A DNA stretch of 64,000 nt, taken from contig NC_042997.1 in the NCBI RefSeq assembly GCF_006345805.1, positions 66,030,001 to 66,094,000 of the forward strand, read 5' to 3'. This document shows positions 14,460-28,199 of the stretch, piece by piece. Positions within the stretch are counted from its first letter, which is position 1. The number at the start of each line of letters is the position of its first letter. The translations under genes were made by a program, and so were the position numbers. The notes under the pieces were generated by a model. It had not been told where the DNA came from, ran no database searches, and worked only from the letters and a program-made list of their open reading frames with translations. The stretch is from Octopus sinensis (Eukaryota).

Positions 14460-14780
14460 AACATACATATATACACACATAAATAAATACATACATAGAG
14501 AGAGAAACATACATAGACATACATACATACATACATAAATAAATACATACACACATACACAGACAGAGAAACATACATACATACATACATACATACAGAC
14601 AGACAGACAGACAGACATAAATACACACACATATACATACATACATAAACATACAGATATACATAGACATAAATACATACATACACACATACATACATAC
14701 ATACATACACACATACATACATACATACATTCATGCACACACACACACACACACACACAGAAATACACACACATTCATAC
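14460..14780. repeat. (ACAT)n/(AC)n microsatellite block
   Basis: Read directly; source of several spurious ORFs. Confidence 0.95.
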
Positions 14781-15479
14781 ATAGTGAATTTCTGTCATTC
14801 AGCAAAGGGCTTCCTGTTACTGAATTAAATGCATCACATGCACCTGAACTGAAATATAAGTGGCAGAACGTTCCACAGAAACGCCTACCCATTTCCCAGG
14901 TAAGAATCAGCATCACTCAGTGTGACACGGCCTTACTACTTGAATTACAGGTACAAACTAACCCACAGGCCTGCCTTTTACCCATTACTTGTTTCAGTCG
15001 TTAGACTACGGCCATGCTGGGACACCACCTTGAAGAATTTCAGTCGATTGAATCAACGCCAGTACTTATTATTATTGTTTCTAAGTCAGTTATTTGTTCT
15101 TACAGCCTGTTTTGCTGAACCACTAAGTTATGGGGACGTAAACACACTGACAATGGTTGCCAAGCAGTAGTAGGGGACAAACAGACATAAACGCACATGC
15201 ATACAACAAACACACACATACGTAATGAGACAAGCTTCTTTCAATTTCCATCTACCAAATCCACTCACAATGCTTTGATCAGCTCAAGGCTATAGTAGAA
15301 GACACTTGCCCAAAGCATTATGCAGTGGGACTGGGCCTGGAACCATGTAAATAGGAAGCAAACTTCTTACCACGAGCAATGCCTGCACCTATTTAAGATG
15401 AAAGCAGATCAGTCACCAGATGCCAAAACCTGGTTTATGCATGTTCAATTTTTTCATCACCATCACTATCAGCATTATT

Positions 15480-15830
15480 ATCATCATCATAATTTAACAT
15501 CTGCTTTTCATGCTGGCATGGGTTAGATGGTTTGACAGGAGTTGGTTAGGCTGTAGACTGCACCAGGCTTCAGTGTTTGTTTTGGCATAGTTTTTTTATG
15601 GATGGATGCCCTTCCTAGCACCAACCACTCCGCAAAGGGGATTGAGTGCTTTTTACATAGCACCAGCACATACAACATAAGTTTTGGCATGGTATTTACA
15701 GCTGGATGTTCTTCCAAATGGCAACTACTTTATAGTGTGGACTGGATACTTTTTACATGGTACCAGTACTATGCAAGATAAAGATCCTTTGAAAGGGGAG
15801 GGGCACTGGAGGGAGTGACCTTGGGTACAA
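15480..15830 (-). mobile_element. RTE 3' tail fragment
   Basis: catcatcat..ctgcttttcatgctggcatgggtt..ggatgcccttcctagcaccaaccac matches the tail family. Confidence 0.75.
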
Positions 15831-15932
15831 TCCAATATGCAGTTTCAGTTGCTGCAGTATGTTAGTGCAAAATACATATTAAAATTGAGAATTATGGAAA
15901 CATTATTTACAGAGTTATTGTATAATAAAGAA

Positions 15933-16174
15933 GGAGATTGGAAAGATTTTGGTAGCATTTATTCACTATTACATGTAAATTAAAATATATGAAATAATAA
16001 TATTATTAAATTAAACAATATTAAATAATGGTATTATCTAACCTCTCCATCTGAAGAATTTCTAATAAGAAATACTTTACATGTCTATGTAACATGTAAA
16101 TTTTTGTAATTCCTATTAGCAAAATGAATCACATGTAATCATGAATATATGCTACCAAAATATTTCCAATTTCC
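15933..16174. mobile_element. AT-rich MITE with ~46-bp imperfect TIRs
   Basis: ggagattggaaagattttggtagcatttattca / tgaatatatgctaccaaaatatttccaatttcc. Confidence 0.7.
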
Positions 16175-16859
16175 TGTTGTGTTGTATATGAGACACATAC
16201 ATAGGCACAAATACTCGCTCACACACTGGCTCTGTCTCTCAGATACTCCCCTCCTACTATTTACAATAGGTGCACCTTATCCCTTTAATATTGTAATATA
16301 CAGCAACAGCAAACTGAAAAGCTGACATGAAGGGAATTTAGCAGTAAAATAGTTCCTCAGAAAGTCTTGTACATTCATTTTAGCATTGAAAAAACAGATG
16401 CAAAAAGCTGCTGCTGATGGTGGAGGCAGTAGTGGGGGGCAGGGGCAGCGCAGTAATGATGATAATGATGGTGGAGGCAGAGGTGATGGTGGTGGTGGTG
16501 ATGATGATGGTTTGGTGGTCATCGTGGTGGTGGTGGTGGCAGTGATGATGATAATGATGATGTGTAAGTATGTGTATGAGCACATACACACGCACACATA
16601 CAGACATATGCACACTTATACACATTATAGGCCTTCATGTATTTCCATCGATCAGACTCATTCACAAAGCCTGGCATTAAGACCCTTGCCTAAAATGTCA
16701 TCAGTGGGACTGCATCTGAAGCCACATGGTTGTTAGGTGCAAAAAACAAACTTCTTAACCACAAAACCATGCCTGCAGGTGTGTGTGTATGTATGCATTG
16801 GTGCAGAATGGCCAAATAGTTAAAATCCTTACTTCACAACCACAAGGTTTGTATCATAG

Positions 16860-17372
16860 CTGTGCTGGTTTTGTCATGTGTTGCAGATGGACGCAAACAG
16901 CTCCATAAAGAAGTGACTTTCACTCAAAGTAGATGGAACTCAGAGAAGAGGGAGCCCCAAGAAGACATGGGATGAAATACTGAAGGATGATCTCTGGATG
17001 CTGAACCTTGTGCAAGAGAAGACAAAGGACCTAGATACCTGGTACCTTGCTGTACTCAAGATTTGTCCTCAACAGAAGAAGTGTTCAGGCCATATGCCTT
17101 GGTGAAGAGGATTGGTCTGCAAGAGTCTTATGCTGGTGCCTCAAAAAAGCATCTGTGCTGGTGCCATCTAAAAGAGTTTGTGTTGGTGGCACATTAAAAG
17201 CACCCAGTGCATACTGTGAAGTGGCTGGCATTAGGAAGAGTATCCAACCTAAGAAACCAGGCCAAATCAAACTGGAATCTGGTGCAGTTTTCCAGCTTGC
17301 CAGTTCTGGTCAAAGCATCCAACCAATACCAGCAAGGAAACAGACATTAAAGGATGCTGATGATGATGAAGA
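16860..17372 (+). mobile_element. Decayed RTE 3' end
   Basis: ..GTQRRGSPKKTWDEILKDDL.. followed by the RTE tail and gatgatgat. Confidence 0.75.
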
Positions 17373-18399
17373 AAAAATTGGGCAGACATAAACTGTATAG
17401 AAGCTGGGTTTTGGCATTTTGTGACTGATCTGTTTACATCTTATAGAGGTGTATGCATGACTGTGTGGTAAGAAGTTTGTTTCCTATTTACATGGTGAAT
17501 GTTGGCAACAGGAAGGGCATCCAGCTGTAGAAAATCTGCATTCTATCTGACCTATGCAAGCATGGAAATGATGATGCCGATGATGATAATGAGGATCATT
17601 ATCATAATGGTGATGATGGTGGCAGTGATGATAATGATGATGATATATGAGATGGGGTGGGGGTGGCATTGAGTGAGAGAAAGAGAGAACAGGAGAAAGA
17701 TAAACATGAACACAAAAATGCAAACACAGACGCTCACACATTCAGATACAGGCTAAAGAAGCAATGAGAAGCAATCTTACTGAATTTATTCATATTGTTA
17801 TAAATAATATTAAATCAGTCATTTCCCTTTCTCTTTACATTTATTTATTTATTTATTTTTTTGTCTTTCTTTCAGAAATGAAATATTTAATTAGGAACTA
17901 GAAAATAACAAGCAGAAGTTCATTAGGAAAATTTGATTACACATAAAGGAAACAAAGCATTAATCTATTTAGTTGTAATTTTAAGGATTGTTAATCTCAT
18001 ATTTACTCCAAAAAAGACAAGATGAGTTGCTGTATGATGTACCACTACACAGCATAAATAGAATGAATAGATCATTCTGGAGACAAAGGAAATACATTCA
18101 GTTGCAAAGTGAAGGACTAAAATTATAAACATCCACATCAGGCATAGGCATGGCTATGACGTTAAGAAGCCTGCTTCCCAAGCATGTGGTGGGAGTTGCA
18201 AAGTGACTCAAAAGCCAAGAGGTTCATATGTTGGCACTTTGATAAGTAACAATGCATGAAACTCTTAGTTCTTGAGTCACTGTGTAACTTCTACTGATTA
18301 TATATATGTATATACAATTAGAGGTTAAAATAGCCTCATTAAGGGATAGTAATATCCAATGAATTACTGGTTCATTGCCTAGTAGTTTTGTCAATAATA

Positions 18400-18900
18400 T
18401 TAGGTCGAAGAAAAAGTTTGTGCGCCATGTTAAAACAATGATTTTTCATGCAAGAATTTACTCAAAAACAATGACAACTATTCTTTAAAATAATGATCAA
18501 CATTTTCCATGACCTTCTGCCAACAATCTGCAAGCTTTTGGATTTGGTCAAAGTACCAATCCTTTGGCTTTGAATTGAAAATTTCTTGACAGGCTTCTTC
18601 AACTTTGTCGAATGGCTCAAATTGGTGACCTTTCATAAAGTACTGCATTGATCGGAAGAGACCGAAATCATATGGAGCAATGTCTGGACTATAGGCTGGA
18701 GGCAGCAGAACTTCCACACCGTCCAATTCTTCAATCTTGTTGCTGGTTTTTCTGGCAGTATGAAACTTTGCATTGTCTTGTTGAAACACAGAGCGTTTTC
18801 AACAAGCAAATCACAGGTACTTTTCAACCAGCACACCATAGACTTGATGAAATTGCTCACAGTAAAGTTCAGTGTTGATGGCGTGACCATTCGGCACAAG
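18400..18900 (-). mobile_element. Mariner transposase 3' half with right TIR
   Basis: FQQDNA..YSPDIAPYDFGLFRSMQ..WQKVMENVDHYF; TIR tattaggtcgaagaaaaag at ~18398. Confidence 0.92.
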
Positions 18901-20757
18901 CTGAGTGTGTGTATATATATACATTTAAGTTTCAAGTTCTAGTTTCCTAGTTTGTATTACTAAACATATATGCATGTATATGTGTGTGTGTGTGTATATG
19001 TATGCACACACACATACATGTTAATTGACACACCAACATACAGTGGTCAAGGTGTCCCACTGCAAGGTACCTTGGCCAAGTGTCTTCTACAATAGCCCTG
19101 GACCAACAAAGCCTTGTGAGTAGATTTCATAGATGGAAACTGAAAGAAGCCCATTGTCGGGTATCTTTGTCTTGATGTGATGGTTGTAAACGACCATAAC
19201 CATTGTACAAGTGATGTTGTTCATCTCCAGTCTTCTGTAAAAAGACATGCCTAGCCATGGAAGTATATTACTTTGCTCAGAAACAAACGCGAGAAGAGCA
19301 TCCAGCCACAGGAAATCTGATGGTGATAATGATGATGATGATGGCATACGTGAATGTTTAAAGTCCATGTGCCTTACTGCTGTGGCCATGTGGGTGAACA
19401 TATTACAATCTTTAGTTTAGATATGAAGGTTCCTAGTTCAAATCTGAGCAAGTTTTATGTACATAAAGAACACCCCTCCTGAGGATCTTAGAACAAACAA
19501 AATTAAAGGAGTATCGGTGTAACTATTTTTTAAAATGGTTCATCTCAAAATGTGAAGTTTATAGTATGTAAAATCATAACCTAATTGACAATAATTCATC
19601 TCAGAAATTTAGACAGTAAGTTATTTTAGTACCATCCCTCCTGTCTCCTCCCATACTAAAGAGTACTCCTTTGCTTTTAAGCCTGGTATTTATTCTATTG
19701 GTCTCTTTTGCCAAACTAACAAGTTACAAGGATGTAAACAAACCAACACCAGTTATCAAGTGGTGGTGGAGGAAAACACTAAGACATACATGCATGCACA
19801 ACCATGCACATGCACGCACATGTGCGCACACACACACACTCTCACACATGTCAGGCTTCCTTCAGTTTCCATCTACCAAACCCACTCACAAGATTTAAAT
19901 TGATCTAAGGCTATAACAGAAGACACTTGCCCAAGCTTCTACACAGCTTCTCACCACACAACCTCACCTGTACTTATAATGTTTTATATATATTTTCATC
20001 AAATTTATGTACTATTTATTTTTTAATTGAATAATTATTATTCTCTATAGGTGTAGGAGTGGCTGTGTGGTAAGTAGCTTGCTTACGAACCACATAGTTC
20101 CGAGTTTAGTCCCGCTGCGTGGCACCTTGGGCAAGTGTCTTCTACTAAAGCCTCGGGCTGACTAAAGCCTTGTGAGTGGATTTGGTAGACAGAAACTGAA
20201 AGAAGCCTGTCGTATGTATGTGTGTTTGTGTGTGTGTGTGCGCTTGTGTGTCTGTGCTTGTCCCCCCATCATCAATTGACAACCGATGCTAGTGTGTTTA
20301 TGTCCTCGTAACTTAGCAGTTCGGCAAAAGAGACCAATAGAATAAGTACTAGGCTTGCAAAGAATAAGTCCTGGAATCGATTTGTTCAACTAAAGGCAGT
20401 GCTCCAGCATAGCCACAGTCAAATGACTGAAACAAGTAAAAGAGTAAAGAGTAATTAATTAACAGACATTCCTAATTTTATACCCCCACCACCACCACCG
20501 TGTTTGATCTTAGCAGCAGAGAGACAAAGAGTTTGATACAAAAATGTCCCCCGCCTTCTTCTCAGTTACCTGTTTTGATTCTGCAAAACATTGAAATGAA
20601 TAGATGTACAGCAGGTAATTAGATAATCAAATGTGATTGTTTAACCCTTATTGGAGACATCCTTGAACTCAAGTTTTTATTTATTTATTTACTCATTACT
20701 TATTCTAAGACTACATCTAATGTGCCCTTCCCTTTTCAAGATGATAAGGTTCATTTT

Positions 20758-20987
20758 TTAACCCTTTAGCATTTAACCCAGCCATATCCGGCCCAAATAT
20801 TCTACTTGATTTATGTTGAAAGTGGCCAGATCTGGCCTCTCAGACCCATCCTACATTGTAATTCTAAAAATAAATAATCATGTCATTGAAATTCTAAAGC
20901 TATGAAACAATGTATGATTAATTCATAAAGCAATGTGAACGCATAAGCATTGCTCTTGGCAGGTTAATCTGAACACTAAATGGTTAA
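20758..20987 (+). mobile_element. piggyBac-type MITE (~230 bp). Other copies: 13888-14070(-), 35112-35306(+), 43603-43831(+), 46230-46449(+), 51591-51818(-)
   Basis: TTAA-CCCTTTAGCATT .. AATGCTAAAGGG-TTAA consensus termini and a shared body (ccagatctggcctctc..cattctaaaaataa). Confidence 0.85.
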
Positions 20988-21692
20988 GAGCTGAAGGAGA
21001 TTCATGACCTACGTTCAGCAGCAGCAGCAGGAGAGATAGTAGTAGTAAAGAAAAAAGGACACCCTTTCAAAGTAACAGGTATAGGATTATCAAAACACAA
21101 GCAAACAACATGACAAACAAACATCCAAAAAAAATGATAGAAAATAAACAATCTCTCAATTATCAGTGAAATCAATAGTAAAAATACACAGCTGTAAAAA
21201 GAATGGAAAGCAAGATAAATACTACTCAGGTATAAACATTAAAAAAAAGTGCTTGAAATCAAAATACATCTGAAATAAGAGATCCTTGCTAAATTGTAAA
21301 GAATCCATCATTCCAACAGTTCAACACTAATTCCAAACAATTCTGTAAAGAACTACAAAAATTAAATAGAAACTAATGTAGCACTAACAGAATAGGAGTA
21401 ATTTTGAGAGTGAGTAATAGATAGCAAAGGAATTGGCATCGGTGGTTTCTTCATTACCGTCATTATTATTATTATCCTCATCATCATTTCAGCATCCATT
21501 TTGCCATGCTAGTTTATTGAGGGAGATTTGCTATGGTCAGACACCCTTTCTGCCACCAACCCTTACTTGTTCCAAGTAAGCTGATATTACCCCATAGTCA
21601 GACATGTTTTCACAAAATATTGGAAATGAATGACACTTGTATACAACAATCACATGTACATAGATGCGTGTGTGTGTGTGTGAGTGTATACA

Positions 21693-21965
21693 TATGAGGT
21701 TTGATCAAAAAGCATCAGGACTGGTGCTTTTAAAAGAAAACAACCCACATACCGATTCAGCATTTAATCTTCTTTGAAGTAGCCCCCTTCTGAAGCCATA
21801 CACTTTATACTGCATTGTTTCCATTGATGGAAGCATTCCTGGAACTCCACTTCTGAGAGAGTGAGCAGCTGCCCCATCACATACTCTTTGATTTTCTCAG
21901 AGTCTTGAGATCTTGTCCCTTTCAAGCAAGATTTAATTTTTTTAGAAAGATTCTTTGCCATATTA
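21693..21965 (-). mobile_element. Mariner 3' end fragment
   Basis: ..FQECFHQWKQCSIKCMASEGGYFKED; TIR-like tatgaggtttgatcaaaaagca. Confidence 0.8.
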
Positions 21966-22500
21966 ACCTTCAAGCTATGTCTCTTTCCATGTGCACACAC
22001 ACACACACACACACATACATTTTCTCTGCATGGTCACTGATGGAACTTCTGTCATGTGGTGAGAGGACCACACTATACACACTTTACATCCAAGCACTTT
22101 TATAAATATTAGAAGTTAGTGGGAATGTTATAACTTAGTATGCATGCATGACACAGTTCAAGGTCAATCTATACCAAGCAGCTTCACCGTGTGTACTTTA
22201 GTACCATAACCAAAGAAACCATTCTGATACTTTTTAATCAGACCTCATATGTATGTGTGTATTCTTTTACTTGTTTCAGTCAATTTGACAGTGGCCATGC
22301 TGAAGCACCACCTTAAAGGGATTTTTTTTATAGTCAAAGCAATCAACTCCAAGACTTACTCTTTGTAAGCCTAGTAGTTATTCTATCAGTCTCATCTGCT
22401 GAACTGTTCTCACAGGGATGTAAACACACCAACATCAGTTGTTAAGTGATTGTGGGGGGAAGGACAAACACAGGCACAAAGGTACACACACATAAATATA

Positions 22501-22538
<38 letters not shown>

Positions 22539-22554
22539 ACAGACTTCTTTCAGT

Positions 22555-23824
22555 TTCCGTCAACTAACACTTTCCGACTTCACTGCGAACTAACATGAAC
22601 TTCTCTCAACTCACTCAGATTGTTACTATTTATACATTACTCAGACCAGTCTATCTTTCACAAGGGGGTGCCATAATTCACATTACAACATCTCCCCTTT
22701 TGAGATATCGACTACTGTGAGAAAATGGAATTTCTTTTATTTTTATTCTTACCAGCACCTCTCCTTCTTTTTGTAATTTTTTTTAGCTGTTGTATTTTAA
22801 TTGTTGCCTGACTTTTAAGGTAGCATTGTTCATTGCACAGACCACTCTTTTTTTCATTGTACTAAGCACACGTGTGCTTTTTTTTTTTTTTTTTTTTTCA
22901 ACTTAGTACTACTTCCAGGTATTCAGTCTGTTTTCATTTTCCAAAGCTAGTTCTATGGAGTTCAATATCTCTTGGTGCTAGCACTTCAAACATATCATAG
23001 AAGACTTCCAATGGTATTACCCTTCATTCTTCTATATGTCTCATCTTTAACTGGTTAAGGTGCCTCTTATGTTCCAATTGTTGTCCTCTAATTAAATACA
23101 TCATATTACCTAATCTTTTGACTACACAGTCATCCTCCCAACCTTTTTTACCATTTTTGTAATTTTTAAAATGAACTTTATCTCCTACTTTGAAATGGTT
23201 TTTAATATTTCTTGTATTTCCTTCAAATGTATTTTTTGTCTTCCCTTTATGTGTCTTTTCCAGAAAATAATTTATTGAAGATTGATTTTATTTTATCACT
23301 GTTATAACTGAATTCATTAATCGAGTTCAAAACACTGTCTGGTGAAAACAAACTTATCTCATTTTTGGCCTTCTTTGAATATAGCTCCAATAATTGTTGT
23401 TGTAGTTGTTGCTGTCATAGTTGCTTCTGCAACTCCTGTTGCTATTCTTGTTGTTGCTTTTTCAACTGTACTACGGAAGCTAATAGGTCTTCCATTATTT
23501 AACAAGTTGTATCATGAATAAATTGTTAAGTAACCTATGTGAGCTTTGGAAACCTCATCGCCAGATTTTGTAACATAGTTTGTTATGTACAATAAATAAG
23601 ATAACCAGACAACAGTAGAGACACAATGTAACAATCTAAACAAATCTCTTTACAAAACAACTATCAATATTCGTTGTCAACTAACCAATCTTCTGATTTC
23701 ACTGCAAACTAACATGAACTTCACTCAACTCCAAACTCTGAACTCACTTGGGTTGTTACTATTTATACTTTATTCAGACCAGTCTATCTCTCACAAGGGG
23801 GGCGTTGGAACTCTCATCACAACA
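22555..23824 (-). mobile_element. Internally deleted Gypsy LTR retrotransposon
   Basis: Direct LTRs (23569-23824; 22555-22690, truncated by a SINE) starting TGTTGT; PBS TGGCGATGAGG (23553-23563); PPT AAAAGGGGAGA next to the 3' LTR; gag-like SPDSVLNSINEFSYN and integrase-tail HKRHLNQLK. Confidence 0.85.
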
Positions 23825-25239
23825 CCCTTAAAGCTACAAACTCATTAACACATTACCTGCATTTCTACAGCATACAATGTCTTAACTGTAATGATATACT
23901 GCAGAATAAACAATCCTCTGGCAAGTAAACAAAGTATTCCCAGAAGAACAGACTGGCTTCTATAAAGATTCATATGGTTTTAAGATCAATATATGATCAG
24001 AAAAGCTATAAAGGAAACTTTAGTAAGTGAAAGAAGGCTTTTAGCATGGAATACATTGACTACCAGGAGGCTTTTGCAAATATCCCCTAGACATGGATCC
24101 TGGAAATATGAGTCATGTGTAAGCTAGCACCAATAAAGAAAAATAAAAAAGGCAAAAAAAAATGAAGCATACCATGATTAAATGACAGACACTTCTATTG
24201 CAGGTCAACATTTATAAAACAACTGTGATTCATGCATCAATCTTTAATTTAATTATACAAACCCATGTCTCTGCTAAAACACACACACATATGAAACACC
24301 CAGCCCTCTATTTTTTATTCGACACTTTATTCACATGGTCATCTACATTGTATGTGTGTGTGTGTGTGTGTGTAAACACAAGCATACAATGGGTCAGCCT
24401 CCCCAGTTCTCTTTAAATTGTACCCATGTGGGGGTCTTCATCTCAACACTACAAAGTAACTAAACAAAAGCCCACAAGTGAACCACCATGTAGTTATTCA
24501 ACTTGCTAGAAATAGCAGCCAAATCTTCTTTAAATTACACACTACCATTTTACATAAGAAAAAAAAGGTTACATTCAATAATGTAATCCTATACACACTT
24601 AAAACCAATGGTAGGGTCATAAACAAAATGCTTTTGATGGTAGTCCTGTTACATCAGGGATGACTTGAAAGTAAACCACAACAAAAAAAAAACTCATTAT
24701 ATAGTTCCCTTGCTGCTTACTACAGTGACCTGTACTTCTTCATAATGCCTATTTACTATTTGGTAGATTATGCCATCAGAAGTTGAGTTTAGAAAAGACA
24801 CAATACTGGTTACTACCATACTATGTTGATGACAGAAGCAATTGATATAGGGATAAGTTGGGAACATATCTAACACTGGCCTATATCCAGAAATGGACTT
24901 CATCTCAGCATCGCTATGCAAAGCAAATATTTGTGGATTGTATACAACAGTAAACTGTGACAAAACTTCAAAGACAAGCACAAGTAACACATTATTTAAA
25001 AAAAAAATTATGTTTATAATCAATTTAATCATTCTCAGTACATAGAGCGGTTACTAATTTCAACAATTACAAAGAAGATGAAAGACAAATGCTACCATGA
25101 GAAAATTTTATCGCAGAACACTAAAGTTAACAGCTAAAAATTTCAAGATATTTGTCTGGGAATTTTGCAATTAAACCATCATTTTCCACTCTTTACAGCC
25201 TCTGAGGAACTTGGCCTGTAATCTGGGTCAGCAACATCT

Positions 25240-26220
25240 ATATTATTTGTAAAATTAGAATATGTCACTTCAAAGTGAGATTAATAATTTCAATGTGAGA
25301 GCATATTACTTCCAAGAGACAGTAGCAATTTCTAAGGAAGGAAATGACACTTCAAAGGAAGACTAGTGATTTCAAAGAGAAGACATATCGCTTCAAAATG
25401 AAATCAAGGATTTCAAAACGAGCATGACACTTCATTGTGGGGATAGTAATTTCAAAGTGAGATCACATTACTTCAGAGTGAGATTAATAATTTCAAAACG
25501 AGCACATTTCATCTAAGCAAAGCTTAAACTTACTTGACTTGATTAACTAAGAATAATATATCATGATTCAGGAAGATGTAGCAAGGAAACATTTGTCAAT
25601 TGGAGAATAAGTTGCTATATCTTAAATAAAACAAAATTGAAAACACTAACGTTTTAATCACAAGATGTCAACCATGTATACTGTAGTGACAAAAGTTATT
25701 TCCCCTGTATAGTAGTGACAAGAGTTATTTCCCCCTGTACAGATTGCCATGATCTTGGATTGGGCTACAAAGTATTTTGGTAACTAACTTCATAGGCATT
25801 CTTTTAAAGACTGCAAACAAACTAATTTTAGATTCTTTGAAGATAGGAAAACAAGAAGCCTTACACAATGGTGGTTTACACAATATGAAGGATAATGATG
25901 AGATTTATATCTATTGGTAAGAGATAACAAATAATCCATCCATTTAATAACCTTGTGAAAGATAAATGTGGACTTGATATTAGATTTGCTGCAAGAACCA
26001 CTTATAAGTGATTGTTACATATCAAAATTCATGGGCAAATTCATACTGTTGACATTACAAATTATATTACACTGTTCCAATGTTATATTCTATTGTTAAA
26101 TAATACTTTTCTCATTAATCTCACTTTGCAGTTGCTATTCACACTTTGAAAAGGCCAAATCTCATTTTGAAAATGTTAATCTCACTTCGAAGTGACGTGT
26201 GCTCACAATTAGAAATATTA
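25240..26220. mobile_element. Foldback-like DNA element with ~20-bp subterminal repeats
   Basis: Left gtcacttcaaagtgagattaataatttcaa is inverted to right ttgaaaatgttaatctcacttcgaagtgac; ttcaaa motifs recur about every 20 bp in 25260-25500. Confidence 0.65.
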
Positions 26221-26508
26221 CAGTCAATAGAAGAGTTTTAGTAAGTTCATTTTTCCCAATAAGTGAAGAATCTGGCATTTCGTGCCATACTCTTCATATG
26301 AGGCAGGGAGGTGATGTTACCAAAGGTAGACTGAGCCACTGGGGACCAAATTTACTGCTGAAGGATTTAGGGCATCACTTATAGTAAGATACAAAGCATG
26401 AAACCAGCAGCTTAGTAGGTAAGTTGACATTCCATGAAACTCAAACAAAATCAAAATCAAAACATTCCTATAAAAGATGGAACATATGAGACTAATTTCT
26501 CCACTCAC

Positions 26509-26628
26509 CTGTATTAAACACATGTTTTCCATTTCTTGGAAATAATCTGTTGCATAATCCCAAACATCTTGCAAATGTTTGTCGGAATCGAAAATATTTC
26601 GAAGACTTTGTCCGTTGGGATGTCGGAT
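26509..26628 (-). CDS. UBX-domain gene, exon C, N-terminal half of UBX (IRHPNGQSLRNIFDSDKHLQDVWDYATDYFQEMENMCLIQ)
   Basis: Acceptor ctccttttacttttag|, donor CAG|gtgagt; 120 nt, phase 0-0; matches the UBX pattern IRxPxG..F....L..V. Not captured as such by the ORF track. Confidence 0.92.
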
Positions 26629-27434
26629 CTAAAAGTAAAAGGAGAAAGTTTCTCTGATGTATAAAACAAAGTAAACAAACCAACACACATTCATCAATTA
26701 CAAACCACACAGACTTGAATTCATCAATATAAAACAAAACACATCATCACATGGAATTGAGACAGATTTTCTATTGTCAGATGCCCTTAGTCAGTGACCT
26801 TTACCTGTCTCCAAGGAAGGTAATAATACTACAAATGACCATACTCAGAAATTGGGATGTGTCCTGTTACTTGTACAATTCGGGAAGGTCAGCTTAGACT
26901 GGTTGGTCATGTGGCTTGGTTTTCTAAATAGGATCAAGTATACTATGTTCTTTTCTGTGAGGTGCAGGCATGGCTGTGTGGTAAGTTTGTTTCTCAGCCA
27001 CATGGTTCCAGGTTCATTCTCACAGTATGATACCATGAGCAAGTATCTTCTACTATATTCTCAGGCCAACTTAAACCATGTGTTTGTCCTCCACACCACC
27101 CTCACTTGACAACTGGCATTGGTGTGATTATATCCCCATAACTTAGCAGTTCAGCAAAAGAAACTGAAAGAATAAATATTAGGCTTAAAAAGAAAATAAG
27201 TACTGGGGTTGATTCATTTCACTAAAAATTCTTCAAGGTGGTATATATGTATAGGTAAAACATTTTACCTTCGCCCATATAATACAATAAATGAACTAAT
27301 TGCATTGCAATTGTAAGCATCTATGTATTAGCCTTTTGGGTATCTTACTGGCAGTATATTGGATAAATGATATCCCATAGTGGGTTACAATCATAACCCC
27401 TATCTCACTTTGTACTTTAATGTATATATATATA

Positions 27435-28182
27435 TCATCATCATCGTTTAGCATCCGCTTTCCATGGGTTGGACGGTTCAACTGGGGTCTGGGAAGCCAG
27501 AAGGCTGCACCAGGCCCAGTCTGATCTGGCAATGTTTCTATGGCTGGATGCTCTTCCTAACGCCAACCACTCCATGAGTGTAGTGGGTGCTTTTTACGTG
27601 CCACCGGCACAGGTACCAGACGAGGCTGGCTAAAGGCCACAATCGGATGGTGCTTTTTACATGCCACCGCACGAAGGCCAGTCGGGGCGGCACTGGCAAC
27701 GGCCACGTTCGGATGGTTCTCTTATGTGCCACCAGCACTAGTATCACAGCTACAATTTCCATTGATGTTGATTGACTTCGATTTTGATTTTTATTTTCAC
27801 TTGCCTCAACAGGTCTTCACAAGTAGAGTTTTGTGTCCCAAGAAGGCAAGGTATGCATAAGTGTACTGGCATAGGTGGACTGGCTACATCCCAGGTAGAG
27901 GCCACATGTTATGGTCTCACTTGTCCTGCCAGGTCTTCTCACACACAGCATACTTCCAAAGGTCTCGGTCTCTAGTCATTTCCTCGGTGAGACCTAAAAT
28001 TCGAAGGTCGTACTTCACCACTTCGTCCCAGGTTTTCCTGGGTCTGCCTCTTCCACAGGTTCCCTCAACCGCTAGGGTGTGGCACTTTTTCACACAACTA
28101 TCTTCATCCATTCTCACCACATGACCATACCAGCGCAAATGTCTCTCTTGCACACCACAACTGATGCTTCTTAGGTCCAAGC
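27435..28182 (-). mobile_element. 5'-truncated RTE LINE (ORF2 C-terminus + 3' UTR + (GAT)n)
   Basis: LRWYGHVVRMDEDSCVKKCHTLAVEGTCGRGRPRKTWDEVVKYDL in ORF 27917..28468; tail at 27435. Confidence 0.9.
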
Positions 28183-28199
28183 ATATATATATATATTGG

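Noticed and set aside
18478-18789. Active mariner transposase
   Set aside because: Only the C-terminal third is present, with upstream stops and no left TIR.
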